NCBI GenBank assembly: GCA_951800225.1
Contig: CATOJX010000004.1
Location: 6,578 to 70,577, forward strand
Source: an uncultured Lachnospiraceae bacterium
Lineage (GTDB): Bacteria > Bacillota > Clostridia > Lachnospirales > Lachnospiraceae
Direction: 5' to 3'
Length of the DNA stretch: 64,000 bases
In this document: piece by piece, positions 1 through 9,159 of the stretch
Numbering within the stretch: position 1 is the stretch's first letter
Layout of the letters: the number at the start of each line of letters is the position of its first letter
Position numbers and translations under genes: made by a program
The notes under the pieces: model-generated
The model's database searches: none
What the model was told of the DNA's origin: nothing
What the model saw: only the letters and a program-made list of their open reading frames with translations

Positions 1-18
1 GGAAAGGGGAATATAAAA

Positions 19-1386
19 ATGTATGATGAAATGAACAATAATACAAACACATATAATTACTCTGATACCAACACAGAGAGCGGCTATATTCATTATGATT
101 CATCTTCGGCCATTAAGCAGCCGAAGAAAAAGAAAAAAGGCGGTTTTGGAAAGACGGTGGCCAAATGCGTGGTACTCGCTCTCGTATTTGGCAGCGTGTC
201 CGGCGCGGCTTTTATGGGGACGAATTATATAGGAAGGCAGGCGATGGGGACTGACGCGGGTGCGCAGGCATCTTCTTCCGGTTCAGAGTTGTATAAAGCG
301 GATGTGGCGCCTGGCACGACGACGGTGGCAAACAGCAGTTCGGACGTTTATGATGTATCCGATATCGTAAAGAACTGCATGCCGTCAGTGGTATCAATTA
401 CAAATGTAGGCACCACGGAGTTCCAGACATTTTTCGGCATGTATGAGCAGGAGAGCCAGTCCAGCGGTTCGGGGATTATTATCGGGAAGAACGATACGGA
501 GCTTCTGATTGTGACCAACAACCATGTGATTTCCAATGCCAAGGAGATAAGCGTGTATTTTAACTCTGACGGGGAGGACGCGGACGAGGACAATGTTTTT
601 TCTGCCAAGATTAAAGGCACGGATGTGAATAAAGACCTGGCGGTTATTTCTGTGGCGCTTGAAGATATTCCGCAGGAGACATTAGATATCGTCAAGATTG
701 CGACTATTGGCGATTCGGCCATGCTGGAGATTGGAGAGCCTGTAGTGGCCATCGGCAACGCTTACGGCTATGGACTATCTGTTACTTCCGGGATTGTCAG
801 CGCGCTGAACCGCGAGGTAAGCGTGCAGTCTGAAGGGCAGACCATTACAAATAAACTGATCCAGACCGATGCGGCGATCAATCCGGGTAACAGCGGCGGC
901 GCTCTGTTAAACAGCAGGGGAGAATTGATCGGCATTAATTCTGTGAAGTTTATTTCGGAAGACGTGGAGGGCATGGGCTATGCGATTCCTATCAGTGATG
1001 TAGAATCCATTATTGGTGATCTGATGAACAAAGTCATGCGTGACCAGGTGAAGGAAGTTGACAGAGGATACCTTGGCATCAATGGCGTGGATGTGACCTC
1101 CGATGTTTCTAAAAGCTATGGTATGCCCATCGGCGCATATGTCGATAAAGTAGTGGACGGCGCGGCTGCACAGAAGGCAGGGATACAAAAGGGCGATATT
1201 ATCACCAAGCTGGACGGTTCCAGCATCACCAGTTACAACCAGTTAAAAGAAGCGCTTTCCTATTACGCCGCGGGTGAGACGGTTCCAATCACAATTCAAA
1301 GACTGGACGGCCCGGAATATAAGGAAATCACGCTGGATATTACTTTAAGTACCAGCCTGCAGGCCGGAGTAAAAAGCGAAGAATAG
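19..1386 (+). CDS. htrA: HtrA/DegP-family trypsin-like serine protease with N-terminal membrane anchor and C-terminal PDZ domain
   Basis: Catalytic triad contexts TNNHVI, DLAVI and GNSGGAL are present. A hydrophobic segment follows a KKKKKGG stretch, and the C-terminal region is PDZ-like. RBS GGAAAGGGGA lies upstream. Confidence 0.9.
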   Translation: MYDEMNNNTNTYNYSDTNTESGYIHYDSSSAIKQPKKKKKGGFGKTVAKCVVLALVFGSVSGAAFMGTNYIGRQAMGTDAGAQASSSGSELYKADVAPGTTTVANSSSDVYDVSDIVKNCMPSVVSITNVGTTEFQTFFGMYEQESQSSGSGIIIGKNDTELLIVTNNHVISNAKEISVYFNSDGEDADEDNVFSAKIKGTDVNKDLAVISVALEDIPQETLDIVKIATIGDSAMLEIGEPVVAIGNAYGYGLSVTSGIVSALNREVSVQSEGQTITNKLIQTDAAINPGNSGGALLNSRGELIGINSVKFISEDVEGMGYAIPISDVESIIGDLMNKVMRDQVKEVDRGYLGINGVDVTSDVSKSYGMPIGAYVDKVVDGAAAQKAGIQKGDIITKLDGSSITSYNQLKEALSYYAAGETVPITIQRLDGPEYKEITLDITLSTSLQAGVKSEE

Positions 1387-1401
1387 ATATAAAATACAGA
1401 A

Positions 1402-1441
1402 AAGGGCTGTCTATGAAAAATGTGGCAGCCCTTACTTTTTA
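1402..1441 (+). terminator. Rho-independent terminator after htrA
   Basis: Stem AAGGGCTG (1402-1409) pairs with CAGCCCTT (1426-1433), followed by ACTTTTT. Confidence 0.6.
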
Positions 1442-1524
1442 ATAAAATCTTTACTTGTTCCTCTTAAGGCTGTATTATATAATTTATATAACAAAAGTAT
1501 CTTACATAAAAAAGGGGAATCTAT

Positions 1525-2925
1525 ATGGACATAGACAATAAGGAACAGGAAGTAGAAAAGGAGACAGAAGGCACGGATTACGAAGACGTATGTTTTGTAT
1601 GCCATCGCCCCCAGAGTAAAGCCGGAAAGATGATCCATCTGACCAAAGACATCTGTATCTGTCCGGAGTGTATGCAAAGAACCATGGATATGATGAGTAA
1701 AAGCGGGATGGATTACAGCAAGATGGACTTTTCTAAGATGCCCAATATTAGTATGATCAATTTGTCTGATCTGCAGAATATGATCCCCAGGCGTCAGAAA
1801 GTAAAGAAAAAAGCGCCGCAGACAGATAAAGAGCCAAGGAAGGCTTTTGACATTCGTTCTGTACCCGCGCCTCATAAGATCAAAGAAAGTCTGGACGAGT
1901 ATGTGATCGGACAGGAACAGGCAAAAAAAGTCATTTCAGTGGCGGTCTATAATCATTATAAACGCGTAGCGGCAGGTGCGGACGATATTGAGATCGAAAA
2001 ATCTAATATGCTGATGATTGGGCCTACAGGAAGCGGCAAGACCTACCTGGTGAAGACACTGGCAAGGCTTTTGGATGTGCCGTTGGCGATTGCGGACGCC
2101 ACTTCACTGACTGAGGCAGGTTATATTGGCGACGATATTGAAAGCGTACTTTCCAAACTTCTGGCTGCCGCCGATAATGACGTAGAAAAGGCAGAAAGAG
2201 GCATCGTTTTTATTGACGAGATCGATAAGATTGCCAAAAAAAGGAATACGAATCAGAGAGATGTAAGCGGCGAGTCTGTGCAGCAGGGAATGTTAAAGCT
2301 TTTGGAGGGCGCTGAAGTGGAGGTGCCTGTAGGCGCCAACAGCAAAAACGCCATGGTGCCTTTGGAGACGATCAATACAAAAAATATTTTGTTTATTTGC
2401 GGCGGCGCTTTTCCGGAGCTGGAGAATATTATTAAAGAACGTCTGAATAAACAGTCGTCTATCGGATTTTTTGCGGATCTTAAAGACAAGTACGATAATG
2501 ACAAAAATCTGCTTCGCCAGGTGACGGTTGAAGATATCCGCAATTTTGGAATGATCCCGGAGTTTATCGGAAGGCTTCCTATAATCTATACGCTGGATGC
2601 CCTGGATGAAGATATGATGGTCAGAGTCTTGAAAGAGCCGAAAAATGCTATCTTAAAACAGTATCAGAAACTTTTGGCTTTAGATGAAGTAAAACTTGAT
2701 TTTACAGAGGAAGCTCTGCGCGCCATTGCGAAAAAGGCTATGGAAAAGGATACAGGTGCCCGGGCGTTAAGAGCGATCATAGAAGATTTTATGCTGGATA
2801 TTATGTATGAGATTCCAAAAGATGAGAATATCGGACAAGTGACGATTACAGAAGATTATATCGAACACAGAGGAGGCCCTATGATTACCATGCGGGGCAT
2901 TCCGATGCTTTCGATGCAGGGGTAG
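1525..2925 (+). CDS. clpX: ATP-dependent Clp protease ATP-binding subunit ClpX
   Basis: N-terminal Cys4 zinc module (CFVC...CICPEC), Walker A GPTGSGKT, Walker B FIDEID and a sensor region. It has a longer than usual acidic N-terminus and ZBD-AAA linker. Confidence 0.93.
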   Translation: MDIDNKEQEVEKETEGTDYEDVCFVCHRPQSKAGKMIHLTKDICICPECMQRTMDMMSKSGMDYSKMDFSKMPNISMINLSDLQNMIPRRQKVKKKAPQTDKEPRKAFDIRSVPAPHKIKESLDEYVIGQEQAKKVISVAVYNHYKRVAAGADDIEIEKSNMLMIGPTGSGKTYLVKTLARLLDVPLAIADATSLTEAGYIGDDIESVLSKLLAAADNDVEKAERGIVFIDEIDKIAKKRNTNQRDVSGESVQQGMLKLLEGAEVEVPVGANSKNAMVPLETINTKNILFICGGAFPELENIIKERLNKQSSIGFFADLKDKYDNDKNLLRQVTVEDIRNFGMIPEFIGRLPIIYTLDALDEDMMVRVLKEPKNAILKQYQKLLALDEVKLDFTEEALRAIAKKAMEKDTGARALRAIIEDFMLDIMYEIPKDENIGQVTITEDYIEHRGGPMITMRGIPMLSMQG

Positions 2926-2928
2926 AAG

Positions 2929-3396
2929 ATGAGACTTGGATGGCTGCAGCTTGCGCTTGGTCTGTTTCAGGCAGATCTGGCGGTGAAAGAGGAGATAGAG
3001 AGGAATCCGAAATTTGACCGGGAGCATGTTCTGTGGGACGGGAAAATTCGGGTGAAAAGGTTACATAATGACGGAATGGCTGGTGGAAAATGCAAAGGCC
3101 ATATGCCGGCATTAATTAAGGTCAGCGGTTGTATGACACTCGGATGCGCAGGAATGTTTTTCAGGCTTCTTGGAAAAGAGGGGCATACGGCACAAAAATT
3201 AGGCTGCGCGCTTCTGACAGGAGGAGCGCTTTCCAATCTGTATGACCGGTGCAGGAGGGGATATGTGGTAGATTATATCAGTTTTGGGACGCCGTTAAAG
3301 AAGCTGAACAATCTGGTGTTTAATCTGTCCGACTTTTTTATACTGACAGGAGCGTTTCTGATATGTTTGGGCCGGACAGACCGTACAGAAGAGTGA
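2929..3396 (+). CDS. Lipoprotein signal peptidase (signal peptidase II, LspA)-like membrane protein
   Basis: LspA-like motifs are present: HNDGMAGG (compare N.GaAF), SNLYDR...VVDYISF and FNLSDFFI. Both catalytic Asp contexts are retained. The N-terminal half is atypical. Confidence 0.6.
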   Translation: MRLGWLQLALGLFQADLAVKEEIERNPKFDREHVLWDGKIRVKRLHNDGMAGGKCKGHMPALIKVSGCMTLGCAGMFFRLLGKEGHTAQKLGCALLTGGALSNLYDRCRRGYVVDYISFGTPLKKLNNLVFNLSDFFILTGAFLICLGRTDRTEE

Positions 3397-4466
3397 CGGG
3401 CAACCGGTTTTTTTCAGGGATGCTTGGACTGGCGATAATGCTTCAAATACTGGCCAGATATGTACCGGGATTCGCGGAAGGGTACGCCAGATATGTTTAT
3501 CCGGTGATTCTAAGAGGATTGGGAGGCATAAGCAATCTGGTTCCTTTTGCATTGGATGAGGCATTGATTTATATTCTGATTCTGCTTATAGTCGGGTATC
3601 TTGCAGCAGGTATCCGGCATATGATGAAGATGCAGGAAACAGTGAAAGAGTGGTCGGTAAAAACAATCCAAAGACTTATAAAAGCCGGGATTTTATGGTT
3701 CTTTTTATTTACGGTCAACTGCGGTGTGAATTATCACAGGGCGACATTTTCTGAACTGGCTGAGATTCCGGTGGAACTTTCTACGGTTGAGGAGCTGGAA
3801 GGGCTTTGCCTGTGGCTGACAGAGAAGATTGAGAAAACTGCGCCCCGGATCAGGACGGAGGAAAACGGTCTGTGCGCAATGCCTGATCAGATGCGGGAAA
3901 AGACCAGACAGGCTATGACAGAGCTTGGAAATACATATCCGCAGCTGGCGGGCTGGTATCCCAAGGCGAAGCCGGTATTTACCTGGCGGGTATTGTCTAT
4001 GGAGGCTTTAGAGGGTGTTTCAGGTCCTTATACGATGGAAGCCAATTACAATCCGGATATTCCGGCGCATAATCAGCCGGCGGTACTTTGCCATGAATTG
4101 TCCCACTTAAAAGGCTTTATGAGAGAAGACGAGGCTAATTATATTGCCTATCTTGCCTGTACCGGTTCCGAGGATGCTAATCTTAAATACAGCGGACTTT
4201 TGCTTGCCTACACGCACAGTATCAACGCATTGTATCGCGCGGACCGGGAACGGTTTTCGGATGTAAGAAAAAGGCTGTGTGAGCAGGCGGAGAGAGACTA
4301 TGCTTATCATAGAGAATACTGGAAGCAGTTCGAAGGTCCGGTGGCCAAAGTCTCTGATAAAGTGAACAATGCCTACTTAAAGGCAAACGCACAGAAAGAG
4401 GGCAGCAGAAGCTATGGGCGTATGGTAGATCTGCTGCTTGGAGAATACCGGCGTAGGGAAGATTAA
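3363..4466 (+). CDS. DUF3810-family membrane protein with HExxH zinc-metallopeptidase-like motif
   Basis: N-terminal TM segments, then HELSHLKGFMREDEANYIAY, which is typical of DUF3810. The start overlaps the 3' end of the preceding gene. AGGAG lies 10 nt upstream of the ATG at 3363; the start is uncertain. Confidence 0.65.
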   Translation: MFGPDRPYRRVTGNRFFSGMLGLAIMLQILARYVPGFAEGYARYVYPVILRGLGGISNLVPFALDEALIYILILLIVGYLAAGIRHMMKMQETVKEWSVKTIQRLIKAGILWFFLFTVNCGVNYHRATFSELAEIPVELSTVEELEGLCLWLTEKIEKTAPRIRTEENGLCAMPDQMREKTRQAMTELGNTYPQLAGWYPKAKPVFTWRVLSMEALEGVSGPYTMEANYNPDIPAHNQPAVLCHELSHLKGFMREDEANYIAYLACTGSEDANLKYSGLLLAYTHSINALYRADRERFSDVRKRLCEQAERDYAYHREYWKQFEGPVAKVSDKVNNAYLKANAQKEGSRSYGRMVDLLLGEYRRRED

Positions 4467-4506
4467 TTAATCTTCCCGGTCGGGAAAGTTTTGCCCCGGC
4501 GCAGAA

Positions 4507-4947
4507 TTAATCGCTACCCTGGGCTTTATCAAGAGCAGTTTGGATGGCTCCCATCAGCATCAAAGAAGTATATTGGCTGTCTTCAGAGTAAGTAAGGTTT
4601 TCCAAAGACTGAGCCTTTATGATCTGTTCTGAAAGCGATTCTAAAGCAGGTTCCATCAAAGGATACATGGCAGATACCGTCTCATCTAACTGACGAAAAT
4701 GGATGGATGAGATATAATCTTTATCTACAGTGACGGCAATTTCCACAGGATGGCCTCCCAGGGTCATGGAAGCCGTGTATATGCCGGCCGTGTATTTGGA
4801 TGGAAGGTCTACGGCTGCGGCAGGCGCTTTGTCAGAGGAGAACATAAAGATCATCAGCAGGAGGAAAAGGATGCCCAGGGCGACGAAAATCCCCGTATAG
4901 ATCAGTTCCTTCATGTGGAAAACCCATATTTTTGTTTTGGCGCTCAT
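4507..4947 (-). CDS. Small membrane-anchored hypothetical protein (possibly a degenerate FMN-binding-like fold)
   Basis: Good RBS (AGGAG 7 nt upstream) and a single N-terminal TM helix. The extracytoplasmic domain has only weak resemblance to FMN_bind domains and lacks a clear flavinylation motif. Confidence 0.5.
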   Translation of the reverse strand: MSAKTKIWVFHMKELIYTGIFVALGILFLLLMIFMFSSDKAPAAAVDLPSKYTAGIYTASMTLGGHPVEIAVTVDKDYISSIHFRQLDETVSAMYPLMEPALESLSEQIIKAQSLENLTYSEDSQYTSLMLMGAIQTALDKAQGSD

Positions 4948-5176
4948 GGCGAAACTCCTGTATAGAAGATTCTTTGTTATAACTTATGTGGGTGTGGACG
5001 GATTTATGAGCGGCGGGGTGCCAAAAATTATTGAAAAACCTCTTTCTTTTTTTGCTGTTTTGCATTAGTATAGTATCATAGGTATCTAGCATCTAAAAAT
5101 CTTACGGTTTTTGGCGGATATTTCCGAGGGAGTATGTGCAATATCGCCAAAAGAATGTGCGTAAAGGAGAAAAAGT

Positions 5177-6262
5177 ATGATATCAAATCAGATACTCCAA
5201 AACACAATTGACGGATTGAAAGGGATTACCAGAATAGATCTTTGTATTCTGGATATTGAAGGGAAGGTGCTGGCTTCTACGGAGCGGGAATCTGGGAGCC
5301 ATGAGGATGAGGTTGTTGCCTTTACAGCGTCGCCTGCCGACAGCCAGGTAGTTCATGGCTATCAGTTTTTTAAAGTGTTTGATGAAAATCAGCTGGAATA
5401 TATACTGCTTGCGAAAGGGTCCAATGATGATGTGTATATGGTAGGGAAGATGGCGGCTTTTCAGCTTTCTTGTCTTCTGACTGCTTATAAGGAAAGGTTT
5501 GATAAGGACAATTTTATTAAAAATCTTCTGCTGGACAATCTTCTGCTGGTGGATATATATAACCGCGCCAAAAAGTTACATATAGCGACAGAAGTAAGGC
5601 GTGTAGTATTTATGATCGAGAGCAACAGGGAACAGGTAAATGCCGCTTTGGACAGCGTGCGCAATTATTGCGGGGCAAAGTCTAAAGATTTTATTACTGC
5701 TGTGGATGAAAAAAATGTCATTGTAGTCAAAGAACTGGAACCGGATGAAGGATACGACGAGATGATTGTTGCGGCCAAAGGTATGAGGGCGGCCGTCGTC
5801 CAAGGGGATGAGGATATTCATGTAGCCATCGGTACGATCGTAGGAGAGATTAAGGAAGTGTCTCGTTCTTACAAAGAGGCGAGGATGGCTTTGGATGTGG
5901 GACGGATCTTTTTCGGCGACAGAGAGATCATTGCATACAGTTCTCTTGGCATTGGCCGTTTGATCTATCAGCTGCCTATTCCTTTGTGTAAAATGTTCAT
6001 ACGCGAGATTTTTGACGGAAAATCTCCGGATGATTTTGACATGGAGACTTTGACGACGATCAATAAATTTTTTGAGAACAGTTTGAACGTATCCGAAACG
6101 TCCAGGCAGCTTTATATTCACAGAAATACCCTCGTGTACCGTCTGGATAAGCTGCAGAAGTCCACAGGGCTGGACCTTCGCATTTTCGAGGATGCTATTA
6201 CATTCAAGATTGCGTTGATGGTCGTAAAATATATGAAATATATGGAAACATTGGATTATTAA
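5177..6262 (+). CDS. PucR/CdaR-family transcriptional regulator
   Basis: C-terminal PucR-type HTH (SETSRQLYIHRNTLVYRLDKLQKSTGLDL). RBS AAAGGAGA. Confidence 0.8.
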   Translation: MISNQILQNTIDGLKGITRIDLCILDIEGKVLASTERESGSHEDEVVAFTASPADSQVVHGYQFFKVFDENQLEYILLAKGSNDDVYMVGKMAAFQLSCLLTAYKERFDKDNFIKNLLLDNLLLVDIYNRAKKLHIATEVRRVVFMIESNREQVNAALDSVRNYCGAKSKDFITAVDEKNVIVVKELEPDEGYDEMIVAAKGMRAAVVQGDEDIHVAIGTIVGEIKEVSRSYKEARMALDVGRIFFGDREIIAYSSLGIGRLIYQLPIPLCKMFIREIFDGKSPDDFDMETLTTINKFFENSLNVSETSRQLYIHRNTLVYRLDKLQKSTGLDLRIFEDAITFKIALMVVKYMKYMETLDY

Positions 6263-6284
6263 AATATATTATGGGAGGATATCC

Positions 6285-6965
6285 ATGATAAAACTGGATA
6301 ATGTTGTAAAATCTTATCAGAATGGCGTAGGCGCCATTAACGGGATAAGCCTGTTTATTGACAGGGGAGAGTTTGTCTTCATTGTCGGGGACAGCGGCTC
6401 CGGTAAGTCAACATTGATCAAATTGCTTTTAAAAGAACTGGAACCTACAGAAGGAACGATCCGTGTAAACGGTGTGAATCTCGCCCGCATGAAAAAGCGG
6501 GCGATTCCCAAGTATCGGCGTAAAATCGGTTGTGTGTTTCAAGACTTCCGACTTCTGAAGGACAGAAATGTATATGAGAATGTGGCTTTTGCCCAACGGG
6601 TTGTGGCTACGCCTACGAGGCAGATTAAAAAAGATGTGCCTGCCATGCTGTCTTTAGTGGGGTTGGCAGAAAAGTACAAATCCTTTCCCCGACAGCTTTC
6701 CGGCGGAGAGCAGCAGCGGGTGGCGCTGGCCCGTGCGCTGGTGAACAGCCCGGATATTTTGCTGGCGGACGAGCCTACGGGTAACCTGGACCCTAAAACC
6801 TCCAGAGAAATTATGAAGCTATTGGAAGAAATTAATGCCCGGGGTACGACGGTGCTTGTTGTGACCCACGATCAGGACATTGTCAATACGCTTAAAAAGA
6901 GAGTGATCCGCATGCAGAAGGGGATCATTGTCGGTGATAAAAAAGAAAGCGGGTATATTGGATGA
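6285..6965 (+). CDS. ftsE: Cell-division ABC transporter ATP-binding protein FtsE
   Basis: Walker A GDSGSGKS, signature LSGGEQQR and Walker B LLADEP. The stop overlaps the ftsX start (ATGA). Confidence 0.92.
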   Translation: MIKLDNVVKSYQNGVGAINGISLFIDRGEFVFIVGDSGSGKSTLIKLLLKELEPTEGTIRVNGVNLARMKKRAIPKYRRKIGCVFQDFRLLKDRNVYENVAFAQRVVATPTRQIKKDVPAMLSLVGLAEKYKSFPRQLSGGEQQRVALARALVNSPDILLADEPTGNLDPKTSREIMKLLEEINARGTTVLVVTHDQDIVNTLKKRVIRMQKGIIVGDKKESGYIG

Positions 6966-7870
6966 GATTAAGTACGATTGGATACTGCCTGCAGCAGGGG
7001 TTTAAGAACATCTGGCGGAATAAATTATTTTCTCTTGCTTCTACGGCGACAATGGCTGCCTGTATCTTTATGTTTGGAGTTTTTTTCTGTATGGTACAGA
7101 ATTTTCAGCATATTTTAAGGGAAGTAGAAGAAGGCGTAGGCGTTACTGTTTTTTTTGAAGAGGATACATCGGAGGACGAGATCCGGGAGATCGGCGAGCA
7201 GATGCGTTCAAGAGCGGAGATTCGGGAGATTGTTTTTGTGTCTGCGGAGACAACCTGGGAAGAATATAAGAAGATTTATTTTTCGGAAGCACCCGAACTT
7301 GCAGACGGTTTTGCTTCCGATAATCCTTTAGCGAACCATGCGCACCTGGAAATTTACATGAAAGATGTGGCGCAGCAGCAGGATTTGGTGGATTATCTGT
7401 CTTCCATCGAACAGGTAAGAAAGATTAACAGGTCGGATAAGGTGGCGGATATGCTGACCGGATTCAACCGTTTAGTCAGTTATGTGTCCGTGGCTGTGAT
7501 CGGGCTTTTGCTGGCGGTGGCTGTCTTTTTGATCAGCAATACGGTGGCGATCGGCATTTCGGTCCGAAAGGAAGAGATCGGTATTATGCGATTAATCGGG
7601 GCGAAAAATTCTTTTATAAAAGCGCCCTTTTTGATTGAGGGTATCATTATCGGCCTGATTGGGGCGGCAATTCCGTTGACGGTTTTGTATTATCTTTATA
7701 ATCGGCTGATTCTTTATATGGCTGAAAAGTTTGATATGCTTACGGGTGTGCTGGATTTTCTTCAGGTCAATGAACTGTTTCGTGTCCTGGCGCCGGTGGG
7801 ACTGATTCTTGGAGTCGGCATCGGACTGTTCGGCAGTGTGTTTACGATTCAAAGGCATCTGAAAGTGTAG
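6962..7870 (+). CDS. ftsX: Cell-division permease-like protein FtsX
   Basis: FtsX topology: TM1, a large extracytoplasmic loop, then three C-terminal TM helices. It is translationally coupled to ftsE. Confidence 0.9.
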   Translation: MRLSTIGYCLQQGFKNIWRNKLFSLASTATMAACIFMFGVFFCMVQNFQHILREVEEGVGVTVFFEEDTSEDEIREIGEQMRSRAEIREIVFVSAETTWEEYKKIYFSEAPELADGFASDNPLANHAHLEIYMKDVAQQQDLVDYLSSIEQVRKINRSDKVADMLTGFNRLVSYVSVAVIGLLLAVAVFLISNTVAIGISVRKEEIGIMRLIGAKNSFIKAPFLIEGIIIGLIGAAIPLTVLYYLYNRLILYMAEKFDMLTGVLDFLQVNELFRVLAPVGLILGVGIGLFGSVFTIQRHLKV

Positions 7871-7888
7871 CGGGGGATAAAGAAATCT

Positions 7889-9118
7889 ATGAAAAGACGC
7901 AAGTTTCGGCCTTTTCTTGTATGGATACTTTTAATAGCCGTGTTCCTGTCCGGGATAGACGGCCAGTTTGTCGTATGGGCCAAAAAGAGCGTTTCTGACC
8001 TGGAGGAAGAGATAGACGAGCTGGAAGGGAAAAGACAAGATACATTAGATGAGATACAGTCACTGAAATCAGATATCGATTCTGTGGAACAGAGGATTCA
8101 AAGTCTGAAAGAGGCAAGTAGTAATTTACAAGCCTATATCGATCAGTTGGACCGTCAGGTGAATTCCCTTTCTTCCCAGATTTCCGAGATGGAAAAGAAG
8201 ATCGAGGAGAAGAATCAGGAGATAGAAGCCAAAAAAGAAGAACTGGCACAGGCAGAGGCCCGGTTGGACGAACAATATGAGATGATGAAAAAAAGAATCT
8301 GCTATATGTATGAAAATGGAGGCCAGTCTTTTCTTGACCTTTTGTTGACATCAGGGAGTGTGGCGGATATGTTAAATAGGGCAGAGTATGCGATGAATAT
8401 TTCAGCCTATGATCGGCAGATGATGGAGAATTTGAAGCAGTCCAGAAATTTGATTGCAGAATATAAGGCGGCTCTGGAGGCGGAACAGGAGGAACAAAAG
8501 GAGCTTTTAGAAAAGCTTCAATCTCAGAAGGAGGCGGTGAATCGGGCGATGAGCGCCAAAACGCAGGAAATCATTTCTTATCAGGCGCAGATTGGTACTG
8601 CTTCAGGAGATCAGGAGGAATATGAACGCCAGCTGGCGGAACAGGAGAAATTGTTAGATCAGGTCGAGCAGCAAATTGCGTATGCGGCTGCCGCGAAAGC
8701 TGCTGCGGAAGATGGAGACGGCGGCGCGTCCGGGTTTATGTGGCCCTGTCCGGCCAGCCATCGGATCACAAGCTATTTTGGCCCCAGGTCAGCGCCTGTT
8801 CCAGGCGCGTCTACAAATCATAAAGGAATTGATATAGGAGCGCCCAGCGGTTCCGACATTGTGGCGGCTGCATCCGGTCGTGTGACTACGGCTGCTTATA
8901 GCGGCTCCGCGGGTAATTATGTGGTTGTTTCCCATGGAAATGGGGTATCGACGGTATATATGCATGCATCGGCGCTATATGTGTCCGAAGGGGAGAAGGT
9001 TGAACAGGGGCATAAGATTGCCGCTGTAGGTTCCACAGGCTTTTCCACAGGGCCGCATCTGCATTTTGGCGTGATTGTGTATGGCAATTATGTAAATCCT
9101 TTGAATTATGTTCATTGA
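7889..9118 (+). CDS. Secreted coiled-coil protein with C-terminal M23 (LytM) peptidoglycan endopeptidase domain
   Basis: Signal/anchor sequence and about 250 aa of heptad-rich coiled coil. The M23 motifs NHKGIDIG (HxxxD) and GPHLHFGV (HxH) are intact. Confidence 0.88.
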   Translation: MKRRKFRPFLVWILLIAVFLSGIDGQFVVWAKKSVSDLEEEIDELEGKRQDTLDEIQSLKSDIDSVEQRIQSLKEASSNLQAYIDQLDRQVNSLSSQISEMEKKIEEKNQEIEAKKEELAQAEARLDEQYEMMKKRICYMYENGGQSFLDLLLTSGSVADMLNRAEYAMNISAYDRQMMENLKQSRNLIAEYKAALEAEQEEQKELLEKLQSQKEAVNRAMSAKTQEIISYQAQIGTASGDQEEYERQLAEQEKLLDQVEQQIAYAAAAKAAAEDGDGGASGFMWPCPASHRITSYFGPRSAPVPGASTNHKGIDIGAPSGSDIVAAASGRVTTAAYSGSAGNYVVVSHGNGVSTVYMHASALYVSEGEKVEQGHKIAAVGSTGFSTGPHLHFGVIVYGNYVNPLNYVH

Positions 9119-9159
9119 TCCTTAATACAATGGAAGGAAGAGAAAAGGAGAGACAGCAA

